From sequence record ON568341.1: DNA of 64,000 nt; one strand, 5' to 3'. This stretch comes from Escherichia phage UE-S1. Both the position numbers and the translations under genes were made by a program. The notes beneath the pieces were generated by a model. It had not been told where the DNA came from, searched no databases, and saw only the letters and a list, made by a program, of their open reading frames with translations. Numbering within the stretch: the first letter of the stretch is position 1; each line of letters starts with the position of its first letter. This document shows, piece after piece, positions 19,364 through 28,910 of this stretch.

Positions 19364-19719
19364 GTGATTATGTGGCATTTCTTCATCGCTTTGGTGAAGC
19401 TAAAGAAAAACATATTATTCGTATGCCCGTATATGGTGAAAAAGACTGGTACAAAAGCACTATCAGTGTTGGTGCATTTCGTGACCGTGAAGCTGAATTC
19501 TTTCTGGGTAAGCAGCATGAACGAGAAGTACTTTGCTCACTTTGGCGTTTAGATGAGTGGGATAGTGAAAATTCCAGAACGGCTGAATCAATGATGGCTA
19601 TTGTTGGTATTGCGAACTATCAGCACCCATATAATCTATTACCTACATTTGAACATGCTTCTTTGTTTGACTTTTACAAAGCTGTAGGGTATGATTATAA
19701 AAAGAAACGTTACGTTTAA
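19360..19719 (+). CDS. hypothetical protein
   Basis: ORF in array. Confidence 0.5.
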   Translation: MSDYVAFLHRFGEAKEKHIIRMPVYGEKDWYKSTISVGAFRDREAEFFLGKQHEREVLCSLWRLDEWDSENSRTAESMMAIVGIANYQHPYNLLPTFEHASLFDFYKAVGYDYKKKRYV

Positions 19720-19752
19720 CATCAGTAATGTTCTTTTAAATTGGAGATTATT

Positions 19753-20367
19753 ATGACTACATCGGAAAAGTACTGGTGGATTTTGGGTCATCCTAAATTC
19801 ATAAACAAAGATATGGTTCCAGCTAGGATTGAGATAGAACCCCATGATGTGTGTCCAATGACAAATCGAATTGAAGATTTCAAAGCATTAAATACAAAGA
19901 CTCAATTTTGGGTAGAATTTCTTTCACCAATGTATATTGAGCAAGACGATGAATGGGTACAAGCACATGATTACCAATTAGATTGTGGTGGTGATACGTA
20001 TGAAGAGGCCATTGATGAATTATACAAAAATGTGCTAAAAACATATGGTGATTATACCCAACAAGAAGCTGACGATAAATTTAATAAGACCCATGCATTC
20101 AAATCTACTCAATCAATTTTTAATCCCACTAAAACTGTTTGGGAGGAACGACATAGTTGGAGTTCATGTGTAATCGATGAAGAAACCAAAGAAACAATTA
20201 TCGATGACATAAAAAATGTAAAAAATACAATAGAAGCCTTGCGTGAATTCATAAAGTCTTGTACAATAGAACAACAGAAAGAGGCAAAGATACATTTGGA
20301 GAGTGAAGAATGTAAACTTTGGGTTCTAGAGAAATCGATTGAAAAGGGTATAGACTTAGACATATGA
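19753..20367 (+). CDS. hypothetical protein
   Basis: Track ORF; start set at MTTSEK Met after GGAG. Confidence 0.45.
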   Translation: MTTSEKYWWILGHPKFINKDMVPARIEIEPHDVCPMTNRIEDFKALNTKTQFWVEFLSPMYIEQDDEWVQAHDYQLDCGGDTYEEAIDELYKNVLKTYGDYTQQEADDKFNKTHAFKSTQSIFNPTKTVWEERHSWSSCVIDEETKETIIDDIKNVKNTIEALREFIKSCTIEQQKEAKIHLESEECKLWVLEKSIEKGIDLDI

Positions 20368-20732
20368 ATAGTAAATTGGCGAAACTAATCGAAGATTTAC
20401 GCCAGATGCCGCCTATTGAACAAGTAGGAAATTACAAACGGTATCGTGTTATTGCTCGTGCACTTGATAAAAAAGGTCGAGTACTGGCAACTCGTACCAA
20501 TTCTTATACACAGACTCACCCAGTACAGAAGGGTTTCGCCATTCGTGCTGGGCGACCGCAAGGTGAGTTTCTTCATGCTGAAATTTCATGCTTACTGGCT
20601 GCTCGTGCTGATGTTCATACTTTACTGATTGCACGGATAAGTAAAGATGGAATTCCTGTTCCAGCCAAGCCTTGTGAGATTTGTACGTTGGCAATTATGG
20701 AATATGGGGTCAAAGAAATTATTCACACATGA
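20364..20732 (+). CDS. small cytidine-deaminase-fold zinc protein
   Basis: FLHAEISCLLAA and KPCEICTLA = H-A-E / P-C-x-x-C zinc-deaminase signature; second CDA-fold gene in window. Confidence 0.5.
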   Translation: MNSKLAKLIEDLRQMPPIEQVGNYKRYRVIARALDKKGRVLATRTNSYTQTHPVQKGFAIRAGRPQGEFLHAEISCLLAARADVHTLLIARISKDGIPVPAKPCEICTLAIMEYGVKEIIHT

Positions 20733-20956
20733 AAAAAATTGAACGCTACAAAAACCATACAGTTGTGGCTGAAGATGATATATTTTATTATTATATTTTC
20801 AGACCCACACACTGTTTACAAATAACGACATTTGATAATGATAATAATTTCAAAGATGTCAACTTCCATATAACAGATTTAGCTAAATATTCCAGTACTG
20901 AACACTTTAGTAATCTAGTATTTGTGTACTGTATACCAAACCCAAATAATAAGTAG
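20729..20956 (+). CDS. hypothetical protein
   Basis: ATGA overlap with upstream stop. Confidence 0.4.
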   Translation: MKKIERYKNHTVVAEDDIFYYYIFRPTHCLQITTFDNDNNFKDVNFHITDLAKYSSTEHFSNLVFVYCIPNPNNK

Positions 20957-20965
20957 GAGATTCAA

Positions 20966-21325
20966 ATGGCTAAAACAATTTCTTTAAAAAATGAAAAGGT
21001 AGGACAACGAAAAGATGGTTTCTATGGTTTTTCTTGGACTACATTATTTTTTGGACCTTTCCCTGCATTGTTCCGTGGTGACTTTATTACGTTCATCGGT
21101 GCATTTGTAATTTACTTTATCCTAAACGCAGTGTCTTTTTGGATTGTAGGTTCTATTGCCATGATCGTATGGGCATTTCTTTATAATAAGTACTACACAG
21201 TGAATCTCATCAAGAATGGGTATAAATTCAATGGTACACATGAAGAAAATGCTGAAGCTGCAATGGCTTTGCAAATTGATTTGAATAAAAACAACACAGT
21301 TGATAAAAATAAAGATCCTGAATAA
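20966..21325 (+). CDS. membrane protein
   Basis: Two long hydrophobic helices; AGGAG RBS. Confidence 0.5.
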   Translation: MAKTISLKNEKVGQRKDGFYGFSWTTLFFGPFPALFRGDFITFIGAFVIYFILNAVSFWIVGSIAMIVWAFLYNKYYTVNLIKNGYKFNGTHEENAEAAMALQIDLNKNNTVDKNKDPE

Positions 21326-21544
21326 ATGGAAAAATACGATATAATTTACGATTATTATGGTAAGGCTTATATGAAGTGTGGGCGTTATGTTGAACTATCT
21401 AATAGAGATTCAATAGATCCTCACACTATTATAACAATTCACAACTCTTACTATAAAAAAGTTACAATAGCTAATTTTGCAACATACGTAAATAATCCTT
21501 TATTTCCTTACATTATTCAGTACTACTGTCGAGTTATAAAATAA
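21326..21544 (+). CDS. hypothetical protein
   Basis: Starts directly after upstream stop. Confidence 0.4.
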   Translation: MEKYDIIYDYYGKAYMKCGRYVELSNRDSIDPHTIITIHNSYYKKVTIANFATYVNNPLFPYIIQYYCRVIK

Positions 21545-21555
21545 GGTAAAAAGAC

Positions 21556-21966
21556 ATGTTAGCCGATGATTTTATGTCTCTAAGTACCAAAATATTTGAT
21601 ATATTAGGAGATGAAATCGATTTTCATCTAAATGATGCAACTATACCGTTAGAAGATGGTGGTTATTTTTTCGCAATTGGTTATAAGTACAATGTTGATT
21701 TTTCAATTCCGATTCCTGATGGAAGTGATTACACATCATCAACATATTTTGAATTTCAGTTCAGAGGACACAAAGAGCGTTTACTAACGTACAGACGTAA
21801 AGGTAATTTCAGTAGACCAGAGATTATATTAATGGATATTGAAAAACGCATAGAAATTGCAAAGAATAATCCATTCTTCAGTTCTTATGCATTAAACCAA
21901 CTTATTGAACTATTTGATGGCTATCCAGACAGAATACGAGGGTCGTTACGTATAAATGCAGAATGA
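21556..21966 (+). CDS. hypothetical protein
   Basis: ORF in array. Confidence 0.45.
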   Translation: MLADDFMSLSTKIFDILGDEIDFHLNDATIPLEDGGYFFAIGYKYNVDFSIPIPDGSDYTSSTYFEFQFRGHKERLLTYRRKGNFSRPEIILMDIEKRIEIAKNNPFFSSYALNQLIELFDGYPDRIRGSLRINAE

Positions 21967-22141
21967 AATCTTCAAAAAAGAATACGATGGTGAAAGTCTC
22001 TATGATATTCAAAGAGACGTACATGAAGCCTTCGATTCAAGATTTAACCCATTAGCTGAACAAATCCCACAAGATGAATTTGGTTTTCAGGAAGGCACTT
22101 TCACAGTGACTATTACATGGAGTCCAGATGAGACTAGCTAA
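21956..22141 (+). CDS. small hypothetical protein
   Basis: Short ORF overlapping upstream stop. Confidence 0.35.
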   Translation: MQNEIFKKEYDGESLYDIQRDVHEAFDSRFNPLAEQIPQDEFGFQEGTFTVTITWSPDETS

Positions 22142-22243
22142 ACTTGTCATAGGGTGTAGTGCAATTGCTGCATATATGATTTTTTCACCTCCAACCAATG
22201 TATTACTGCTAATTTGGGCGGTTGTTATATTAGCAGTACTTTA

Positions 22244-22267
22244 AAAGCACCTTAGTGGTGCTTTTTA
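22244..22267 (+). terminator. intrinsic terminator
   Basis: AAGCACC / GGTGCTT stem then T5. Confidence 0.7.
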
Positions 22268-22404
22268 TATTTGTGCAAATAAAAACCAATGTGACTTTTC
22301 CTTGATATATATCAAGAGAAATAGCCTGTTCTGACGCTATAATATTGTCTGGTGATATTAAATATCTTCACCCCCAGATGATTTCAAAATACAAGGAATG
22401 TACA

Positions 22405-24210
22405 ATGCAGCTAGATAAATTATATAATGACGTAACGAATTTCCTAAATCAGAGTAATACAGATCTCACAAATGAAAATGCGAACAAAGATGCGAAGTGC
22501 GTCAATACACACAGGGATTTACTTGCAGGTATCCTATCTAAACATTATTCACAAGATGTTATCCCAAATGAACTAATGCAGTGGCATAATGATGGTTATG
22601 GACATATTCATGATTTAGACTACTATATCAGTCCATTAACCAACTGTTGCTTAGTCAACTACCCAGATATGCTAAAAAATGGATTTACTATTGGCTGTGC
22701 TAAAATTGAAGAACCAAAAAGTTTTAGTGTTGCATGTACAGTACTAACACAGATTGTACAAGCTGTAGCTAGTTCACAATACGGAGGTCAATCGTTGGCT
22801 CACATTGATGTCGGGTTGGAACCTTACGTTAAAAAGTCATGGGATAAACTATTAGAAAAACAAAAGAAATATAATCTAAGTGATGAATACATTGAAGAAG
22901 AATTACGAAAAGAAGTATACGATGGATGTCAAACATTACTTTATCAAACTAATTCAATGATTAGTACTAATGGTCAAGCTGCATTTATTTCTCTTAGTTT
23001 AGGTTTGAATACTTCCAAATTTGGTAAATTAATCACCGAACAGTACTTAAAAGTTCATGAGAATGGTTTAGGTAAAGATAAGATTACTCCAGTGTTTCCT
23101 AAAGTGATTTTCTTTTTACAAGATGGTATAAACATGAATACCAATGATTGTAATTATGACCTTAAACAGTTAGCTATGCGTTGTGCATCAAAACGAATCT
23201 ACCCAGACTTTGTTTCAGTTCCATTAAATCACAAAGTGACGGGAAGTAGTGGCACTGCTGTAACACCGATGGGCTGTCGTTCATTCTTAGGAAAATGGGA
23301 AGATTCAAATGGAAATGAACAATATAACGGTCGCTTCAATTTAGGTGTAGTTTCTATCAATTTACCACTAATTGCTCTTGAAAGTGCTACAGATGGAGAG
23401 TTTTTTGATAAGATAGATGAGCATATGAATATTGCATATCGTGCTCAGATGAACCGCGTAGAGCGTTTAAAAGGTACAAAAGCGAAACAGAATCCAATTT
23501 TGTTTATGGAAGGTGCATTAGCACGTTTAGATGCAGAAGAGACTATTGACAAGCTATTTTACAATGGTTATGCTAGTATTAGTATTGGTTATGTTGGACT
23601 TGTTGAATGTTCGGAAATCCTCACTGGTTCTATCAGTAAGGAGTTTTGTATGTCAGTACTGAATTATATGAAAGTAAAATGCGATGAGTTTAAAAAAGAA
23701 AGTAATATTGCTTTTAGTTTATATGGAACTCCAGCAGAGTCACTTTGTTATAAATTTGCACGTTGCATTGAAGCAAAGTATCCGTCTGTTCTAAAACGTA
23801 ATTATATTACAAATTCATTCCATCAACCAGTATGGGTTGAAAGTTCTGCTTTTGAAAAGTGGGATTATGAGGAAAACTTTGCTTATCTAAGCAATGGTGG
23901 TAATATTAGCTATGTCGAAACACCAAACTTAACAAACAACATTCAAGCACTTGAAACATTAATCAATTATGCCTATAAAAAAATTCCATATTTTGGAATA
24001 AACCAGCCTATAGATCATTGTCATAAATGTAATTTTGAAGGTGAATTCAGCGTCGATAAAAACGGTTTCCACTGTCCAGTTTGTAATAATAGAGATGAAA
24101 AATCTATGTCAGTTATTCGAAGAGTTAGCGGATATCTTAGTGCACCAAATAGTCGCCCATTCAATAAAGGAAAGCAAGATGAAGTGATTCAGAGAATTCG
24201 CCATTTATAA
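22405..24210 (+). CDS. nrdD: anaerobic ribonucleoside-triphosphate reductase
   Basis: Close resemblance to T4 NrdD (TDLTNENANKD, PLTNCCLV, GCRSFLG); C-terminal Zn ribbon CHKCNFEGEF..CPVCNN and glycyl-radical motif RRVSGYL; start at ATG 22405 aligning with T4 N-terminus. Confidence 0.9.
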   Translation: MQLDKLYNDVTNFLNQSNTDLTNENANKDAKCVNTHRDLLAGILSKHYSQDVIPNELMQWHNDGYGHIHDLDYYISPLTNCCLVNYPDMLKNGFTIGCAKIEEPKSFSVACTVLTQIVQAVASSQYGGQSLAHIDVGLEPYVKKSWDKLLEKQKKYNLSDEYIEEELRKEVYDGCQTLLYQTNSMISTNGQAAFISLSLGLNTSKFGKLITEQYLKVHENGLGKDKITPVFPKVIFFLQDGINMNTNDCNYDLKQLAMRCASKRIYPDFVSVPLNHKVTGSSGTAVTPMGCRSFLGKWEDSNGNEQYNGRFNLGVVSINLPLIALESATDGEFFDKIDEHMNIAYRAQMNRVERLKGTKAKQNPILFMEGALARLDAEETIDKLFYNGYASISIGYVGLVECSEILTGSISKEFCMSVLNYMKVKCDEFKKESNIAFSLYGTPAESLCYKFARCIEAKYPSVLKRNYITNSFHQPVWVESSAFEKWDYEENFAYLSNGGNISYVETPNLTNNIQALETLINYAYKKIPYFGINQPIDHCHKCNFEGEFSVDKNGFHCPVCNNRDEKSMSVIRRVSGYLSAPNSRPFNKGKQDEVIQRIRHL

Positions 24211-24286
24211 TATAGTATAACATGATTACCTCGATTTAACATAAATATTTAAAATTAAATCGAGTAAACTAATTATGAAATGAAAA

Positions 24287-24320
24287 ATGAACAAAGAATC
24301 TAATTTTTTGTTCATTTGTT
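24287..24320 (+). terminator. hairpin downstream of nrdD
   Basis: ATGAACAAA / TTTGTTCAT stem, interrupted T-run. Confidence 0.4.
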
Positions 24321-24384
24321 TATGAAATATCGTTTGATGATAGAATATTAAAAAAAACACTGAAATAAAATTAAGGAGAAATAT

Positions 24385-24744
24385 ATGTTAGAAGCTAAAC
24401 AGGTAATGTCAGGTGAACATCGTGGAACTATTTTTCTAAAAGAAGATGATGTTGTAAAAATTGTAGTATCTAAAACTTTTTCCGAAGATGATGAAGTACT
24501 ATTGAGTACTTTTGATGGTGAGGTTCTACGTGATGTACAGATCAAACATGAACCAGTAATTGAAGGTGGTCAGCATTTAAATGTAAATGTCTTATCTAAA
24601 GAACAACTCATTGATGCACAAAATAATCCAGAAAAATATCCGCAACTTACCATTCGTGTCAGTGGTTATGCTGTTCGTTTCAATTCACTAACAAAAGAAC
24701 AACAAGATGATGTAATTTCTCGTACCTTTACAAAGGAAATTTGA
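24385..24744 (+). CDS. grcA: autonomous glycyl-radical cofactor protein (GrcA/YfiD-like)
   Basis: [11 protein letters not shown] and [26 protein letters not shown] are near-identical to the E. coli GrcA / PFL C-terminal glycyl-radical domain. Confidence 0.75.
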   Translation: MLEAKQVMSGEHRGTIFLKEDDVVKIVVSKTFSEDDEVLLSTFDGEVLRDVQIKHEPVIEGGQHLNVNVLSKEQLIDAQNNPEKYPQLTIRVSGYAVRFNSLTKEQQDDVISRTFTKEI

Positions 24745-25070
24745 TGGATTTAAAGCCAATTGTGGTTAACAAATACAAAGAACCGTATGATGTGTACATT
24801 GGTCGTGGGTCTAAATGGGGTAACCCATTTACCCATATCAATGATAAACAGACGAAAGCCGAGTTCATTGTTGCTACAAGGGAAGAATCAATCGAAAAGT
24901 TCAGAGAATACATAATTGAACGTATTTCTAATGGCGAAGTTAAAATTGATGATTTACTTGAATTAGCAGGGAAACGTCTTGGTTGTTTCTGTAAACCAAA
25001 ATCATGTCATGGTGATGTTCTCGTTGAAATAGTGAGTGCAATACTAGATGAATTACCAGACGATAATTAA
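24741..25070 (+). CDS. DUF4326-like small protein
   Basis: [11 protein letters not shown] and [14 protein letters not shown] motifs. Confidence 0.5.
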   Translation: MMDLKPIVVNKYKEPYDVYIGRGSKWGNPFTHINDKQTKAEFIVATREESIEKFREYIIERISNGEVKIDDLLELAGKRLGCFCKPKSCHGDVLVEIVSAILDELPDDN

Positions 25071-25518
25071 AGATGACCTTATTAATGGTGAGGGGGTGAG
25101 ATGTTCCCTCTTTGTTAGTGGGTGCAGTCATGGGTGTCCTGGATGCTTTAACGAAGTTGCATGGGATTACCGAAGTGGACAAGAGTTCAGTACTGAAACA
25201 ATTGATATAATTTTAGCTGAACTCAGTAAACCGTACATTAGTGGGTTATCACTACTTGGTGGAGATCCACTAATGAAAAAGAACATCGAAACAATTTTAG
25301 AACTATGTAAAATTGTAAAAGATACTTATCCAAATAAAACTATTTGGTGCTGGAGTGGGTATACTTTACAAGAGATTATGGTCAATCATGCCTCTCCAAT
25401 ACTGGAGTACATAGATGTATTGGTTGATGGTAAATTCATAGAAGCAGAAAAGAATTTAAAATTACCTTTTCGTGGTTCTAACAACCAACGAATTTTATAT
25501 AAAAATAAAGATTTTTAG
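25048..25518 (+). CDS. nrdG: anaerobic RNR activating enzyme (radical SAM)
   Basis: MNYQ..NGEGVRCSLFVSGCSHGCPGCFN aligns with T4 NrdG; Cys cluster; LLGGDPL. Confidence 0.85.
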   Translation: MNYQTIIKDDLINGEGVRCSLFVSGCSHGCPGCFNEVAWDYRSGQEFSTETIDIILAELSKPYISGLSLLGGDPLMKKNIETILELCKIVKDTYPNKTIWCWSGYTLQEIMVNHASPILEYIDVLVDGKFIEAEKNLKLPFRGSNNQRILYKNKDF

Positions 25519-25522
25519 TACA

Positions 25523-25547
25523 AAAGCACCCGTCGGGTGCTTTTTTG
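25523..25547 (+). terminator. intrinsic terminator
   Basis: GCACCC / GGGTGC stem then T6. Confidence 0.7.
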
Positions 25548-25554
25548 TTATGTA

Positions 25555-25562
25555 TATAAATA
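25555..25562 (+). promoter_or_regulatory. T4-late-type TATAAATA box
   Basis: Exact TATAAATA ~30 nt upstream of tail fibre ATG, just after the nrdG terminator. Confidence 0.45.
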
Positions 25563-25593
25563 CATTAACTAATATCTAATTTATAAGGGATAT

Positions 25594-28293
25594 ATGATGT
25601 CAAAGAAAATATATGGTGGATTAGATGTCACACATAATGTGACAGTTAATGGAAAAAGAACAATACAAGGTATTAACAAACAAGTGTTTGACGAAAATGG
25701 TAATATGGTGTTGGATACATATTCAAAAAATGAAATGAATGATATCATTGGTATGTTACCAATTTCACATTATGGTTCCATGAACTATCTACCTGCTGGG
25801 GTCGGTGGGGATTTCAATGGTGCATCAGAAAATCAGGCATATCGCAGGAATAAGGTATTATTGGAAAATGATGGAACACTCGTTCTTTTGCGTAGTGGTA
25901 CAAACGGTAGTGTTGAAGGTTTATATTATTCTTATTTGTCTAATGCATTAGCAGTTACTGATATGAGTCGTACAATTAACACAAGTCGTCAATACAAACC
26001 AGGATTCTTCGGTCCAAATCGTGTTGCACTTGGTTTATTTAACACTGATCAAAATATTATAATGGGGAGATATAAAGATATTTCAAACAACACAATTGGT
26101 ACATTCATTTCTATTACTAATGGTACACTTAATGATACATTACACACAGGTTTTTTTGTAAATCAAACTGATATATCACCTGAAGGTGGTGTTGAATATG
26201 CTATGATGGCAGAAGACGGTTCAATATATGTTTTTAATGTAATTAATGAAAATAATAAATTTGAAATAGCCATTGTTAAAGTTGTATTTAATGTGGATAA
26301 TGGTTCTTACACAGCAACCCGCATCACAGGGTGGACTACAAAAACATTTTATAATACTACTTATTCTGGGCAAAATAATATTGTGATAACTAATGCAATG
26401 ACGTCAACTAATATTGCGGATAAGCCTTATGTATTTGTTCCTCCGAATTTGTATGGTATGGGGATTTATATGACATCTATTGATTTATATGTTGCACAAC
26501 AACCAGGAACACAAAATTTTCGTTTCAGGATGAATGGTGACGCTTATTTCGCCATGCCAACATATAGTTCGCGTCCACAACACAATTATAGTTTCACGTT
26601 CGATATGAACTCAAAGCAATGTACATTAGATGCAGGTAACGATATTGGCTCCTTCCAAGCACCGTTGGTTATAACAAATACAGGTTCTGACTTAGTTGCA
26701 TCTGGTAATGTGTTGAATTTAGACCCACTATATGACCACAATGGATATAGAAACATTTATAGTTCATATTTTTATTTAAATTCTGGTGACGTGTTTTGTA
26801 CTGCATGTCCAAACTTAGCAGAGCCACTCGCTATGCAAAAAGCAAAGTTTCCTGTGCAAATAGTATATAACATGTTAAATGTTCGTGCTGTTATATCATC
26901 AAACTTCATAGGTGGTATCGTCCGACCATCATTTGGTTCAGCGGTTGGTTCATATATTAATGGCGTTGAACTACTTCCAGATAACAGTACTAAACAATAT
27001 TCACGAGCATCTGGTTCAGGTGGTTTTAGTCCGTCATATGCAGTTCATAAAAGTACTCCGAATTTTACATTTCAATCGTTATCATTGGGAACAATTCAAG
27101 GTTATGAACCCACCACTGAGCGTAAAAATGTAAGTGAAAATAACAACAATAGAATTTTCATTAGTACTGTGTCTGGGTCAACAGTTACAACTAATGGTGG
27201 TATTTTTATGGTCGGACAACGTTATTCACAATCACTGTCTTTTGATAAAAACTTAAATGGTACAGGTAGTATTAGTGTTTCGCAATCAGTTCTTGATGGG
27301 TTCAGAGACTCTGAATATGCTAAAGTTTTAAGTGATTGGAATTTATCTCCGCAAGCGGGTAAAGATATGACATTGTTTGTACCGCAACAAGCGGATATTC
27401 CAGCATTTGTCATGCTCAGTACAATAACTAATGATTTTAAAAACTACATTAGAATTGCTGAAGTTAATGTAAACACCAGAGTAGGTGAAATCAAATCGAT
27501 AACATTCAAGCGTTTAGTTCTTGAAAATAGATATGGTGATAGTTTCACACCGAATGTTGGCGGTTATATTGCACCATCATCTGTTGGTTTAACAATTTAT
27601 GATGGTGGTTCTTTTTATTTCATTGGCGGTTCAGATCCATTAACACATCCAACAATTGGTAATACAGCAACACACATATTTCGTGCATACGTAAACAAAT
27701 CATCTGCACAATTTGAGAGTTTTATTATTGATGGTATCCATGCGTACTATAATCAAGGCCGTCAATTCACTGCATTACCTGATATTGGATTTGGATATTT
27801 TGATACAATAGACTATGATAACAAAATGATTTTCCGCAAATGTGGAACTACTATTGAAGAATATAATAACTGGAAAGAACAAGGTAATCCAATCAACGTT
27901 GTTTCACAAGATGTTGCACAAGGATTTGTTGTTTATTTTACAGAAGAAACTCCAGTTATTCTTTCTGGTAAATCATTTACCTTACCAGTGTCAAATATTG
28001 ATTTAAGAACAATAAAGCCAAACCCAGCCAATACAACATTTCATGTATATGTTAAGTTAAAACAAGGATTAGTAACTTATCATATAACTACCGATGTTAT
28101 TTCAGAAACTGGGACAATTGCATATAATATATTGTGGATAGGAACAATTAGAACTAACGATATTCAAATTGTATCAATTGATATACAAAAACGTTCACGA
28201 TTGGATATTTTTGGTGCTTCACTTGAAGCGGCAGGGGTTTCGTTCCCAGTCAGCTACGGTCTACCATCACAAACAGGAACCATAAACTGGTAA
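25594..28293 (+). CDS. tail fibre protein (paralogue A, 899 aa)
   Basis: Large Ser/Thr/Asn/Gly-rich protein; paralogous to 28911-31643; conserved C-terminal module ending TGTINW; TATAAATA late-promoter-like box upstream. Confidence 0.65.
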   Translation: MMSKKIYGGLDVTHNVTVNGKRTIQGINKQVFDENGNMVLDTYSKNEMNDIIGMLPISHYGSMNYLPAGVGGDFNGASENQAYRRNKVLLENDGTLVLLRSGTNGSVEGLYYSYLSNALAVTDMSRTINTSRQYKPGFFGPNRVALGLFNTDQNIIMGRYKDISNNTIGTFISITNGTLNDTLHTGFFVNQTDISPEGGVEYAMMAEDGSIYVFNVINENNKFEIAIVKVVFNVDNGSYTATRITGWTTKTFYNTTYSGQNNIVITNAMTSTNIADKPYVFVPPNLYGMGIYMTSIDLYVAQQPGTQNFRFRMNGDAYFAMPTYSSRPQHNYSFTFDMNSKQCTLDAGNDIGSFQAPLVITNTGSDLVASGNVLNLDPLYDHNGYRNIYSSYFYLNSGDVFCTACPNLAEPLAMQKAKFPVQIVYNMLNVRAVISSNFIGGIVRPSFGSAVGSYINGVELLPDNSTKQYSRASGSGGFSPSYAVHKSTPNFTFQSLSLGTIQGYEPTTERKNVSENNNNRIFISTVSGSTVTTNGGIFMVGQRYSQSLSFDKNLNGTGSISVSQSVLDGFRDSEYAKVLSDWNLSPQAGKDMTLFVPQQADIPAFVMLSTITNDFKNYIRIAEVNVNTRVGEIKSITFKRLVLENRYGDSFTPNVGGYIAPSSVGLTIYDGGSFYFIGGSDPLTHPTIGNTATHIFRAYVNKSSAQFESFIIDGIHAYYNQGRQFTALPDIGFGYFDTIDYDNKMIFRKCGTTIEEYNNWKEQGNPINVVSQDVAQGFVVYFTEETPVILSGKSFTLPVSNIDLRTIKPNPANTTFHVYVKLKQGLVTYHITTDVISETGTIAYNILWIGTIRTNDIQIVSIDIQKRSRLDIFGASLEAAGVSFPVSYGLPSQTGTINW

Positions 28294-28304
28294 AGGATTA
28301 TACA

Positions 28305-28892
28305 ATGGCATATAAAATAAGAGCAGATCTTAAAGCAATGGAACAGGTTACAGTACAAGGTAAAAGAACTGGACTTGGTGTGTTAGGTAATAATATGACG
28401 TATTATCCAACAAATTCAGATGGGGAATGTACTTTCCCATCTATTACAAAAGATGATATTGATTTTATTGTAAATGGTTTTCCCATTACACAATATGGTG
28501 AATTATATGATAATGAAAATCTAAATATTACATCATCTGGTAACAAACTTACATTTAATAGAGAGATACCATCATTTATTGGTGGTTATCTATACAAGTT
28601 TCCGGCAGTTTCTGTTTTTGCATCACCAGTTACATCGGGAACACAGACTCAATATGTATATGCAACATTGGTTCTAGGTGAACCAATTTATAAAGTATCT
28701 CCGATACAAATGCAAGAATCTGAAATTATAATGTTTATTGGTACTATTATTGTTGGAACAAGTGGTATTACAAATATAAACATCGATAAGGTGTCAAGAT
28801 TTAGTACGTTTAGACCTAACGTTACACAAAAAGGTTCGTCATTCCCAGTTAGTTCTGGAAAACCATCCGAAACCGGTTCGATTAGTTGGTAA
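28305..28892 (+). CDS. small tail-fibre-associated protein sharing the fibre C-terminal module
   Basis: 195 aa; C-terminus (ITNINIDKVSRFSTFRP..SGKPSETGSISW) homologous to the C-termini of both flanking fibres. Confidence 0.55.
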   Translation: MAYKIRADLKAMEQVTVQGKRTGLGVLGNNMTYYPTNSDGECTFPSITKDDIDFIVNGFPITQYGELYDNENLNITSSGNKLTFNREIPSFIGGYLYKFPAVSVFASPVTSGTQTQYVYATLVLGEPIYKVSPIQMQESEIIMFIGTIIVGTSGITNINIDKVSRFSTFRPNVTQKGSSFPVSSGKPSETGSISW

Positions 28893-28910
28893 ATTAAGGA
28901 AAAGAAAAAA

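Noticed and set aside
19741-19800. Apparent 1-nt frame discontinuity near 19800 in ORF 19741-20367
   Set aside because: My hand count gives ATG at 19740 with a frame break near 19800, but the ORF track reports a continuous ORF and downstream anchors (20364 start, 20367 stop) agree with the track; I treat this as my counting error
22405-24210. Group I intron splitting nrdD, as in phage T4
   Set aside because: NrdD here is one continuous ORF running from a T4-like N-terminus to the glycyl-radical C-terminus; no interruption seen
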